From: a virus
Direction: 5' to 3' (one strand)
IMG/VR virus record: IMGVR_UViG_3300037264_003213
Location: 1 to 64,000 of that record
Length of the DNA stretch: 64,000 nt
The notes under the pieces are model-generated. The model was not told the origin of the DNA, ran no database searches, and worked only from the letters and a program-made list of their open reading frames with translations. Both the position numbers and the translations under genes were made by a program. Each line of letters starts with the position of its first letter. Within the stretch, counting starts at the first letter, position 1. Of this stretch, positions 31,138 to 40,260 are shown piece after piece.

Positions 31138-31512
31138 ATGCCAGGACCAGATCACAAAGCCTACAAAGGTTGGCGGGGAACTATAAGAGCCGCTTTAACT
31201 CACCATCCAGAGAAATTCAGTAAAGAAGCTTGTAAGGAAAAAGGCACAGGCAAATTGTGCCCTTATGCCATCTTTACAAAGAAGAAAAAAGAAGGTGACA
31301 CTCCGCATTATAAAGAACAACCGCATACTACTTCTGGCACACCTAAAAAGAAGGCAGAATTCAAGGATGAAGATAAAAAGGAAGGAACCTTCACCAACTA
31401 TGTAGCACAAAGAGATTTGATGGAAGGTAAAAAGAAGAAAAAAAGAATGTCAATTGATTTAGGTGGTGGAATGTCGATTGGTTCATTAAACGCTGGTATA
31501 AGTATGCCTTAA
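31138..31512 (+). CDS. Basic hypothetical protein
   Basis: Lys-rich; TATAAATA at 31124-31131, 6 nt upstream of the ATG. Confidence 0.65.
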   Translation: MPGPDHKAYKGWRGTIRAALTHHPEKFSKEACKEKGTGKLCPYAIFTKKKKEGDTPHYKEQPHTTSGTPKKKAEFKDEDKKEGTFTNYVAQRDLMEGKKKKKRMSIDLGGGMSIGSLNAGISMP

Positions 31513-31603
31513 AAGAGATTCAATAAACGAAGCCAATGATTACAATAGTTGTACCAGTAATTAAAATTAGTATCATTTTTCCCAAATTGCATTGTTTCTA
31601 GTG

Positions 31604-32617
31604 TCATGATTTATTCAATAAAAGAGTTAGTGTCGTGAAATCATCGAACGGTTTTTCATGCTCTTGTATCCAAGCCTTAATAATTTCCTGATTGAACTTT
31701 ACAAACATTTTGTTCCAATCTTTCAATCCCACTGGGGGGCGCACAAAAGTAATTTCCGTAATTTGATTCTCAAGCAATTTTTTACCCATTTCAAGGACGC
31801 CAGCAAACCCAGCTTCATCTTCATCAAGTGCCAAACATACCTTGTAATCCCTGATGTATTCAATTTGTTTATCACTTAGAGATTTGCCGCCGCAAGCCAT
31901 GCCAGAGAACCCGCAGATTTTAAGGGTGATAGCATCAAGTTCACCCTCAGTAAGATAGATTTTAGAACCTTTCTCTGGCCATACGGAAGCAAAAATTACG
32001 TCACCTTTACCCACACCTATATTCTTGTCAGGCCCAAGATAACGTAGACCCTTATCGACCATATTCCTGCCATTAAAATAAATCAACTTACCTTTGGCAT
32101 CGTAGTATGGAATGATGATTCTGTTCTTATAATCTCCCGTGGAGCAGACGTATAAACTTTCGACGGGCAGTTTTCTTTTTTCCAGGTAGTCTTCCGCCTC
32201 CATGCGCAGTAAACTGCTTTTAGGCAGGCCAGTAATTAGGTAGGTATAGAGCGGCAGCTTGATAAACACTTCTTCTGGATGCTGTACTATATGCTCTTTT
32301 TCTTGGAAGAACTTATCTAGTTCGTCTTCCAATATTCTGATAGGGGTATTGCCTGATAGCAATTCCTTAGCTTCTTCGTAGCTACAATTATCAACCTCCA
32401 TGACAAGACCGACTAGCGTGCCGACCTTCTCGGTATAGAAACAGCGGTAGACTCCATCATCCCTATGATGTTTACCACCATAGGGATTTGCCCACATATG
32501 GTGTTTATTGTCAGGTGAGAAGATGGAGTTGATCCTTACCTCTTTGCCTTTGACGATTACATCGCCAGCAAAGCGGTCTTCGCACCATGTAACAAAACTA
32601 TCAAAATCAATCGACAT
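31604..32617 (-). CDS. DNA primase (T4 gp61/DnaG-like)
   Basis: RIIIPYY..YFNGR; TOPRIM motifs YLTEGELDAI and LALDEDEAG; KDWN. Confidence 0.9.
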   Translation of the reverse strand: MSIDFDSFVTWCEDRFAGDVIVKGKEVRINSIFSPDNKHHMWANPYGGKHHRDDGVYRCFYTEKVGTLVGLVMEVDNCSYEEAKELLSGNTPIRILEDELDKFFQEKEHIVQHPEEVFIKLPLYTYLITGLPKSSLLRMEAEDYLEKRKLPVESLYVCSTGDYKNRIIIPYYDAKGKLIYFNGRNMVDKGLRYLGPDKNIGVGKGDVIFASVWPEKGSKIYLTEGELDAITLKICGFSGMACGGKSLSDKQIEYIRDYKVCLALDEDEAGFAGVLEMGKKLLENQITEITFVRPPVGLKDWNKMFVKFNQEIIKAWIQEHEKPFDDFTTLTLLLNKS

Positions 32618-33221
32618 AAAATGGTTTTCTAATCAGTAGCTTCCACACTTCAATTACGTCGGGGCCGAACATCTTGGACGGCACATTAATGCAGGTTCTC
32701 ATTTCTATAAATCGTTTTGGGATATAATCTTTCTGTGCCTCAATAGTTTGATAGGAAACAATTCCACCAGTTTCCGACACCTTCTCTTCTTTTATCCGAT
32801 TCTTGTAATAAAAGCCAGATACTAAACCTGTTTGCATTTCGTATTCATTAAATACTTTATCGTAAAAGGCATATTTTTCAGGAGCCGCCATGCAGCATTC
32901 GGTGGAAAACAAGCTGACAAAGCCGTGGATTGGGAATGTGGCAAATCGCTTGATTTCGTCTGAACTGACCTTGGTGTAATCACATTGGTACATGCTGGGT
33001 CGCCTGATTGGGTCTAAGTCAAGGCCAACATAGCCTGAGACGTGACCGTAATTATGGTATTCACAGCATTGACCGCAACCAAAATCTATGATATTAAATG
33101 GATATTTCCACTTGGGGAAGGTAGTATCAAAGATATGAAACATCAAGTCGTGAGCGTTACGAACTTGTTTTTCCTGTAAGTAATTTTTATATTCATCGAA
33201 AAAGCTTGTGCCATAACTCAT
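32607..33221 (-). CDS. Class I SAM-dependent methyltransferase-like protein
   Basis: IIDFGCGQ..YVGLDLD; start reassigned to MSYGTSFF. Confidence 0.65.
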   Translation of the reverse strand: MSYGTSFFDEYKNYLQEKQVRNAHDLMFHIFDTTFPKWKYPFNIIDFGCGQCCEYHNYGHVSGYVGLDLDPIRRPSMYQCDYTKVSSDEIKRFATFPIHGFVSLFSTECCMAAPEKYAFYDKVFNEYEMQTGLVSGFYYKNRIKEEKVSETGGIVSYQTIEAQKDYIPKRFIEMRTCINVPSKMFGPDVIEVWKLLIRKPFYVD

Positions 33222-33234
33222 TTTAGAGTACCTT

Positions 33235-34017
33235 ATGAAAAAGAAAGTAGAACTAATGAAAATAGACCATTTAAGCGTGTCCAGAGTTGGCGTTTGGGAA
33301 CTTTGCAAGCAACAATACAAGTACAAGTACCACGAAAAAATACCATCCCTTGAAGAAGACCCGATCTATTTCACCTACGGTTCAATTATACATAAAATTG
33401 CCGAAAGATACATAGAAACAAAGGGTGAAATACTAATTTCTGAGATTGCTGATGACGTTCTGAGCGGTAAAATCGCACTAGATGATGGCAAAAAGAACGT
33501 CAAATTGCCCCAGGAATACAAGAATAAGATCGTGGATCATATTCGCGCCATCAAGAAGATTTCAGACCAGCTTGGTTTTGACGGCCATACGGAATGGGAA
33601 TTCAATTTTGATTTAGACCCGCCGCACAAGAAGATTGTAACAGGTTATATCGACCGATTGGTGCAAAAAGGCGACAAGTTCTGGATTCTTGACTACAAAA
33701 CCACCAAAAAAGGACCGTGGAGAAAATCGCAAAAGGATGTTGTAAATGATCTGCAATTAAAAACTTACGCTAGAATAGTGCAGAGGGAATTTGATGCGAA
33801 ACCAGAAAATATCAAGGCTGCACTGTATTATTTAGAAGGACCAGAATTGGTTGGTGCTAGCTTTAGTGAACAATCATTAAATCGTGTTGAAGAAGAATTG
33901 CTTAAATGTTACAATGAAATTGCGACTACTAATCCGAATAAGGTTTTGGGCAATGTCGGACAGCATTGTAGCAGGTGTAATTACAGGAAGATTTGCCCTT
34001 TTTATAGCTTAACATGA
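33235..34017 (+). CDS. PD-(D/E)XK exonuclease, Cas4/AddB-like
   Basis: LSVSR..C, GSIIH, GYIDRL..ILDYKT, QL..Y and C-terminal CSRCNYRKICP. Confidence 0.9.
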   Translation: MKKKVELMKIDHLSVSRVGVWELCKQQYKYKYHEKIPSLEEDPIYFTYGSIIHKIAERYIETKGEILISEIADDVLSGKIALDDGKKNVKLPQEYKNKIVDHIRAIKKISDQLGFDGHTEWEFNFDLDPPHKKIVTGYIDRLVQKGDKFWILDYKTTKKGPWRKSQKDVVNDLQLKTYARIVQREFDAKPENIKAALYYLEGPELVGASFSEQSLNRVEEELLKCYNEIATTNPNKVLGNVGQHCSRCNYRKICPFYSLT

Positions 34018-34439
34018 GTCTAACTTTAACTGTATCCCACAACATGTTCTTAACCCGTGAGCAAAGATATGATCTTTTTAACGGCAAAGACATAAACGTA
34101 ATTGGTGTCAGTGTACCAATTTGGCATTTCCAGGGCAAAACATCTGAGCCTGGAAATGAAGTTTTTGTAAAATATAAGCTAATACCCACCGAATACAAAA
34201 TATTCGTCAAACACAATGATGAAGGATACGAAATTTATTTACCGAAGCAATCTTTCAATCCAGAAGACAATAGAGCAAACCCATTGACTTTGAAAAATCT
34301 TCTCGATCATAAAGATGGCGGCATAGAATGGATTGCTTTTAGACAATTTGGCAAAGCCAAAAGAAATAAAAGGGCGGTGAATATAATTCACTTTGTAGAA
34401 ATTAAAACCATCGAAGATTTAATAACTACAACAGTATAG
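34014..34439 (+). CDS. Hypothetical protein
   Basis: 141-aa ORF adjoining the exonuclease. Confidence 0.65.
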   Translation: MSLTLTVSHNMFLTREQRYDLFNGKDINVIGVSVPIWHFQGKTSEPGNEVFVKYKLIPTEYKIFVKHNDEGYEIYLPKQSFNPEDNRANPLTLKNLLDHKDGGIEWIAFRQFGKAKRNKRAVNIIHFVEIKTIEDLITTTV

Positions 34440-35244
34440 AAACTTTTCTTTTACCTCTGAAATAGTTTCTGCAATTTTCTTCTTTATAAACGTTTGATTT
34501 GGTGGGATGAATAATAGCAGTATTTTCATAAGTGATTGGAATATTTCCCCAAGGAGCCAAGTTAGTTGTGGGCAAGGCTTGTCTCCATCTTATTTCCATA
34601 AGTTGAGACACATTTTCGATTCGACCAATGCCACAACCTATAAAATAGGTTGAGATTTGATCGTGTGCAAAATGAATAAGACTATACTTTTTATCAAATT
34701 CGTTCCCAGGTATTAGTCCTACCTGTTTCATGAATTTAAAACAATGATTGGTCCACATCATACAGGGACCAGCACACATTTGCGTTTTGAAGGTGTATGG
34801 GAATTCACTCATAAACCCTGATGCTCTTAAAGACCTATGATAACCGTAATCTTTACTAGGAGTATACCACGTTGTTCCTACCCAAAATACATCTGTCTCT
34901 TCTGTCTTTTTGAGCATAGTATTAACAAATGGTCCAACGCACAAAGCATCAGAATCCATAGTTATCAAATTACAAATATTCATTCTCTCATTAAAATAAT
35001 CTAAGGCATGAATAATAGTTCTTAAAATACCACGGCCCCAACCATTTATTTCTTTTGTTACAAAGACGTGATCTTTCCCATACTTTTCTTCAATGGTAGC
35101 AGCTACTTTTCTGTTGAAATCAATGGCAAAAACTATTTCATAATTACCTTTGTTATAGTATTTGATAGACTCAGCGGTATCAATAATATATTCAGGGTGG
35201 TCATGTCCAATTATCATCACAGCGGTCGTTGGTATTTTAATCAT
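34426..35244 (-). CDS. Glycosyltransferase GT-A/GT2-like
   Basis: YEIVFAID, NGWGRG, TMDSDA (DxD), HDQ, IIHP. Confidence 0.7.
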   Translation of the reverse strand: MIKIPTTAVMIIGHDHPEYIIDTAESIKYYNKGNYEIVFAIDFNRKVAATIEEKYGKDHVFVTKEINGWGRGILRTIIHALDYFNERMNICNLITMDSDALCVGPFVNTMLKKTEETDVFWVGTTWYTPSKDYGYHRSLRASGFMSEFPYTFKTQMCAGPCMMWTNHCFKFMKQVGLIPGNEFDKKYSLIHFAHDQISTYFIGCGIGRIENVSQLMEIRWRQALPTTNLAPWGNIPITYENTAIIHPTKSNVYKEENCRNYFRGKRKVSILL

Positions 35245-35245
35245 A

Positions 35246-35953
35246 TTATAACACCAAATTTATATTACGAAAGTAGCCATATTCTCTACCAATTTTTATA
35301 AGCCTATTCCTAATCGAACCAATTGGTATACTTCCTAAAGTATATCTACTTGTATATTCTGCTTTATTAGTATTTATGTCATTGTGCAAATCTTTTCCAC
35401 CCGCTCCAATGAATTTAATTAAGTTAGAAATATCACTTTCAATCGGGTGGAAAAAGAATTTTCTTACTTTGCAAGCCTCTTCAATAAGTTCATTCCATTT
35501 AATGTAATACAAGGCAGCACGTTCTACTGGAGTAAGTAATTTGTCATGCAATTCTGGTATATGACGATAGATAAATCGCATAAACTTGAAATCAAGGTCT
35601 GCCCCAGGTGGATATGCATACGTCAATTGAGAAGGGTCAGGCGTACAACCTAATTTGCCACTTAAAAAATAACAATAACTAACTACGAAAGAATTAATGA
35701 CTTTCATTGGCTCTCTTACCAAATGAATAATTGTGGCGTTGTCGAGGATGGGAAATCTCAAATAAGGAGCGGCCATATAACTAGAATCAGCTTCTAAGCC
35801 GCTATACAAGAGCATTTTATTCTTAGCTACTTCTAATCCATCATTAGTAAATATAACCTCATGCCCGCAGTTTATGCCTGCGCTGGTTAAGAACTTAGCC
35901 ATGAACATTGTACCACATCTGCCCGTGCCAGTAACAATATATTTAAGACTCAT
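35246..35953 (-). CDS. Sulfotransferase family protein
   Basis: 5'-PSB loop VTGTGRCGT, CGHE and 3'-PB motif IHLVREP..VINS. Confidence 0.8.
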   Translation of the reverse strand: MSLKYIVTGTGRCGTMFMAKFLTSAGINCGHEVIFTNDGLEVAKNKMLLYSGLEADSSYMAAPYLRFPILDNATIIHLVREPMKVINSFVVSYCYFLSGKLGCTPDPSQLTYAYPPGADLDFKFMRFIYRHIPELHDKLLTPVERAALYYIKWNELIEEACKVRKFFFHPIESDISNLIKFIGAGGKDLHNDINTNKAEYTSRYTLGSIPIGSIRNRLIKIGREYGYFRNINLVL

Positions 35954-35967
35954 AAATATATAATATC

Positions 35968-36146
35968 ATGGTTAATTTAGAATTTAAATTGTGGGCGGAA
36001 TCAATATTTGGCAGAGCGGTCATGGAACCAGAACCTGCCTCAAATGTGCCAAATCTGTTGGCTAAAATATATGGCGGCGCATACCCAAGTTATGATCTTA
36101 AGCCACTGCCAGGTAATAAGAAACTCATGAAGAAAGCAAAGAAGAA

Positions 36147-36150
<4 letters not shown>
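35968..36150 (+). CDS. Small hypothetical protein
   Basis: MVNLEFKLWAES start; TAAATATATA directly upstream. Confidence 0.55.
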
Positions 36151-36422
<272 letters not shown>

Positions 36423-36509
36423 GGTAAGTCTCCTATTAATATCTAATTATTAGTAGATGTATAGAAAAAATTAACAAATTTAGTTTACTTTTTATATTTT
36501 ACCAAAAAG

Positions 36510-38045
36510 TTATATTTTACCCCGATTTAATCTTATTGAAACCACATTCTGTAACCTTGTATTAGCTGTTGTAATACCTTTTGGATTACAGATCGGTTTC
36601 TTTTTCCCACCACAGCCACATCCTGCATTATTTTCAGGCTTCCAACACTTAAGAAACTCAATTTGATTCGGGTTGGTACAATTGCCCGTAAAACAACCCG
36701 CAAAGTGACTTCTTACCAAATTACCATCGGAAGTAATTTCAAATGGCGTCAATTTGTCAGGTCTAATCAAACCTTTTTCTTTTAAAAAGTCAACACAATC
36801 ACGGGCATGATCTATCAATTCGCTGGCCGAAGTTACTACGCTATCGACACAATTTCCTGCACCATCGAATTCATAGTAACTGTCATTTGGGACTTCAACA
36901 TTAACCATAAAATCAGGCAATGTCAACTGCTCAATGTTTTTATTTCTGACAATAGAAACATTCGTGTGTTCAATTACTTCATCAGAAGGTTCCGCCATCA
37001 TTTTGAAAGCAGTCCAATTCATAGCGACCATTGGGCGAACAGTTTGCCGCAATATGCCACGCTTGATGAAAACATCATTCATTACCTGATTGTAAAGATA
37101 GCCATTCAGCTTATCTTGCACCAACATAGCCTTCGCAAAACCATCGTAAAAACGAATGTTAGCAGGAGCGCTAGGAATAGCGTTGAACGTGTAACTAGCC
37201 AGAATATCTCTTGCGTTTATTAATGCGGTCTTTGCATCCAAACAAATTTTTCTTTGTAATTCGTAAATTCCACAAAGAATCTCGTACCATGCTCCCAAAA
37301 AGACACGGGAGAAACTGTGTGGTTCACTACTCAATTGATTGTCTAACCCATTACGAGGCAATTTTTCTGGTTCAACGTAAGTAAAATTATTTACAGCATT
37401 ACGAAGCGCCCCAGCAGTATGACCACCTCTGCCCCCTGTAAGATTATAAATAGCCTGCCCCATTTCCTCGGCCAACTTGGTTAAAGTGTTGCTTTGATTT
37501 ATATTACCGCCTGTTTCATTCAACATTAACTCAATAAACGCATCGTGCTGAAGAGCATTTGTAATAGCGTTAATATCCCCAAACGCTTCGTGGAATCCCC
37601 ATACTTCATAAGCCTGAACATTAAACAAATCAGGACGAATAGCATCCAATAAAGCGTGCCCTAACTCATGAAGAACCACGTCTGAAGAATTAACAGCATA
37701 AACAACTTTCTTGGTAATTGGGTCCATTGCATAAAAAAACCTTAATGCCTTGCGGTCGTAATAAGCGTTAAGTTGCTTGCCAGCCCTTGGTTGAACATAA
37801 AGATTTTGAGTAGCCGCCCAATGTGTTAACAATGGAGTTTTTAGATATTTCCGCATTACATTAATGCCTTGTATTATATTGTAATGACACAATGCCGCCT
37901 GATGTTCCTGAGTATACATTGTAGTCGTAGCACCCCTATAACCATCAATTTTGAAATCCATGCCACTTGGCTTTGGTGGTAAATCCACAGGGATGACTAA
38001 ACTAGGTGTAGACGGATCATTTAGGACATAGCTAATATCTGACAT
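36510..38045 (-). CDS. Zinc metallopeptidase, M4/M36 gluzincin-like
   Basis: NAYYD, DVVLHELGH, FHEAFGDI, LRN, EPHSFS; GAGG RBS. Confidence 0.85.
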   Translation of the reverse strand: MSDISYVLNDPSTPSLVIPVDLPPKPSGMDFKIDGYRGATTTMYTQEHQAALCHYNIIQGINVMRKYLKTPLLTHWAATQNLYVQPRAGKQLNAYYDRKALRFFYAMDPITKKVVYAVNSSDVVLHELGHALLDAIRPDLFNVQAYEVWGFHEAFGDINAITNALQHDAFIELMLNETGGNINQSNTLTKLAEEMGQAIYNLTGGRGGHTAGALRNAVNNFTYVEPEKLPRNGLDNQLSSEPHSFSRVFLGAWYEILCGIYELQRKICLDAKTALINARDILASYTFNAIPSAPANIRFYDGFAKAMLVQDKLNGYLYNQVMNDVFIKRGILRQTVRPMVAMNWTAFKMMAEPSDEVIEHTNVSIVRNKNIEQLTLPDFMVNVEVPNDSYYEFDGAGNCVDSVVTSASELIDHARDCVDFLKEKGLIRPDKLTPFEITSDGNLVRSHFAGCFTGNCTNPNQIEFLKCWKPENNAGCGCGGKKKPICNPKGITTANTRLQNVVSIRLNRGKI

Positions 38046-38075
38046 GTTTTACCTCTAACGATATATACTATTAAT

Positions 38076-38648
38076 ATGCTAGATAAAGAAAAAATCATTA
38101 AGGAACAAAGACTGGCTGAGGCTATGGATAGGAATTACATGGGCTTGGAAGGAAAGTTCGGTATTATCCTGAAAGCTTTAGGCAAGCCCATCATTGCTCA
38201 AGGCTCTGCAAATCATGATGTGACGGAATGGAAGGATGTGTATGATTTACAAGACGAAGATACACTGCCAGAAGAAGATATTGATGCCCCAATCCGAGAA
38301 ATTGGTAAAATATTTGATGGTTTAAAGTTCGGCTACCATCTTGAGATTAGCTATCTAAAACAGGGGACTATCCCTGTCAAAGAAAACGAGTATTATACAA
38401 GGTATGAACAAACCACCAAGGTTCTTAAAGTGACTTACAAGGGTTACTTGGTTTACTTGGAAGCAGAAGGAGAATTACATATCTTTACCCCATCTTCCGA
38501 GTGGGAAGATATGATTATTACCATATATCAATCGGCGGCAAAACTCCAAAATACTCACAAGCTAACTAATTCATTATTGGCTAAAGAAGAAATCAAGCAA
38601 GCTAAGCTTAACTTTTTGGAGCGACTGAGGGAGAAATGGGGGATTTAG
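38076..38648 (+). CDS. Hypothetical protein
   Basis: 190-aa ORF divergent from the protease. Confidence 0.7.
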   Translation: MLDKEKIIKEQRLAEAMDRNYMGLEGKFGIILKALGKPIIAQGSANHDVTEWKDVYDLQDEDTLPEEDIDAPIREIGKIFDGLKFGYHLEISYLKQGTIPVKENEYYTRYEQTTKVLKVTYKGYLVYLEAEGELHIFTPSSEWEDMIITIYQSAAKLQNTHKLTNSLLAKEEIKQAKLNFLERLREKWGI

Positions 38649-38688
38649 AAAAAGTAAAATTGGAATTGGAAATTCATATCAAAGATGA

Positions 38689-38737
38689 AAGAACAAGCGA
38701 CAAGTTTATCAATTTCATAAGCCTGTCGCTTGTTCTT
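38689..38737. terminator. Long hairpin between convergent genes
   Basis: aagaacaagcgaca...tgtcgcttgttctt, a 14-bp perfect stem extended imperfectly. Confidence 0.75.
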
Positions 38738-38764
38738 ATTTTCAACCTAATTACTTTGTATGTC

Positions 38765-39082
38765 TTATGGTCCCGTAAATAAGTAGTCATACAGGCGTTC
38801 ACGTTTCAATGTCGAAACTTCGGGTCCGCGCGTGATAATCAACCAGTCACGCTTCTGTGAAATCCGTCTCTGCTTCATTTTGGCGATTTTCCTACGCAAG
38901 TAGGACTTGATTGGCGCACTATTGGGTTGTCTAACAACGCTACCTACGCGAACTTCATAACCAATGATGCGGTCTTCTGTAGACTCAGTAATCAAAACCG
39001 TCCGCTGCACAGGATGGGAGTGACTCCCTTTATAGTAAAATCGTGCAACAGGATGTGTGTTAACAAGTTTGTAATTTTTCAT
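38765..39082 (-). CDS. WYL-like small protein
   Basis: VARFYY..RTV..IIGYE..IKSY..KI resembles the WYL/SH3 pattern. Confidence 0.4.
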   Translation of the reverse strand: MKNYKLVNTHPVARFYYKGSHSHPVQRTVLITESTEDRIIGYEVRVGSVVRQPNSAPIKSYLRRKIAKMKQRRISQKRDWLIITRGPEVSTLKRERLYDYLFTGP

Positions 39083-39602
39083 GTGTAGATTCCTTAATCA
39101 GTTTGTAAATGTCACTAGCATAGCGAATGTCAGCAAGTAACTTACTGGCAAACCTACAATCTGTCAATGGAACTTCAAAAAGTAAATTTTCTCGAATAAA
39201 TCGTGGCATAAAAGCAGGAGCCATTTGACCTTCTGGCATTTCAAACTCTGCCAGGGCAAAATAATTCACGCTGTTATGATCCTTGAAAAAGTCAACTTCC
39301 CAAATTTGTCCTTGTTTATCTGGCACAATGTAACGAATCTTCTCTAGCTTATTCATACATTGTGTCCACAGGTCATTAAAGTCTCGCTCATCAATTTGGT
39401 TTTCAATTTCTACGACACGTCCATTAATGGTTGATTTAAGAGTTAAATAATGTTTGCTTCTGGTTTTTCGACACCGAAGCGATGTTCCCTTACTAAAGAA
39501 TAAGTACCCTTGTAAAATAGGATTTTTACTTTCTGCTAACTTCTGGAACTTCTCTTCGGTATTAAGATCAAGGACATACTTCCTTTCATTTTCCGTTGGC
39601 AT
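39060..39602 (-). CDS. CYTH domain protein (class IV adenylyl cyclase / triphosphate tunnel metalloenzyme)
   Basis: ENERKY, QGYL, LRCR, LTLK, EIE, KIRY, WEVDFF, AEFE. Confidence 0.9.
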   Translation of the reverse strand: MPTENERKYVLDLNTEEKFQKLAESKNPILQGYLFFSKGTSLRCRKTRSKHYLTLKSTINGRVVEIENQIDERDFNDLWTQCMNKLEKIRYIVPDKQGQIWEVDFFKDHNSVNYFALAEFEMPEGQMAPAFMPRFIRENLLFEVPLTDCRFASKLLADIRYASDIYKLIKESTHEKLQTC

Positions 39603-39611
39603 CTTGATTCC

Positions 39612-40100
39612 TTAATAGTGGCCAATGACTCGTTGTTTGAGAAACTGTTTGATTTCATCCAGATCACCACGACTATCCAAAACTTGGTCTTCGAGAAACA
39701 ATTCTACATACTTTGCATCACATGGATCAAGCTCTTTACTTCTTACTACCTCCTCCATACGCTGTACATAATTCGTAACTACTTCTCTCTCAAGCTGTTG
39801 CGCATACAAGAATATTTCATGAGGATCAGTCAAATCAGGAAACATTTTATAACAAAAGGCAGGCACACTGCCTATAGGTATGCCACCTAGTCCAACGATC
39901 ATTTTAGCAAACTGCTGGATATGCAGGAATTCACTGGTTGCGTGTTTAACCAGCCAGTCCGCCACCTCTTCTCGATAAGTTCCTTCTACCAAAAACGAGG
40001 AATGTAAATAGAAGTGCATATGTGTGTATTCATTCATCAAATCCGCGTTTAATTTAAAAACCAATTCTTCGTTATTCATTTTTGCCTTTCGTTGAGCCAC
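39612..40100 (-). CDS. Ferritin/bacterioferritin-like protein
   Basis: LNADLMNEY..FY, EFLH..IVGLGG.P, LEREVV..Y four-helix pattern. Start may be at 40079. Confidence 0.8.
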   Translation of the reverse strand: MAQRKAKMNNEELVFKLNADLMNEYTHMHFYLHSSFLVEGTYREEVADWLVKHATSEFLHIQQFAKMIVGLGGIPIGSVPAFCYKMFPDLTDPHEIFLYAQQLEREVVTNYVQRMEEVVRSKELDPCDAKYVELFLEDQVLDSRGDLDEIKQFLKQRVIGHY

Positions 40101-40260
40101 CAGTTTCTTATTGCGTTACTGGTGAAATAGATCATTAACGCTGATAATATAGTTTGATAGTTAAAATCTTTGAAGCTGCATTCTTTTATTACTCTAAAGC
40201 ATAATTTAGCTGTTTGCATAATATATAAAGTTAATTAGTTAGAAAGGTTTGTGTTAAATT

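Noticed and set aside
33235-34017. CRISPR-Cas locus
   Set aside because: Solo Cas4-like exonuclease with no cas1/cas2 or array; common in phages.
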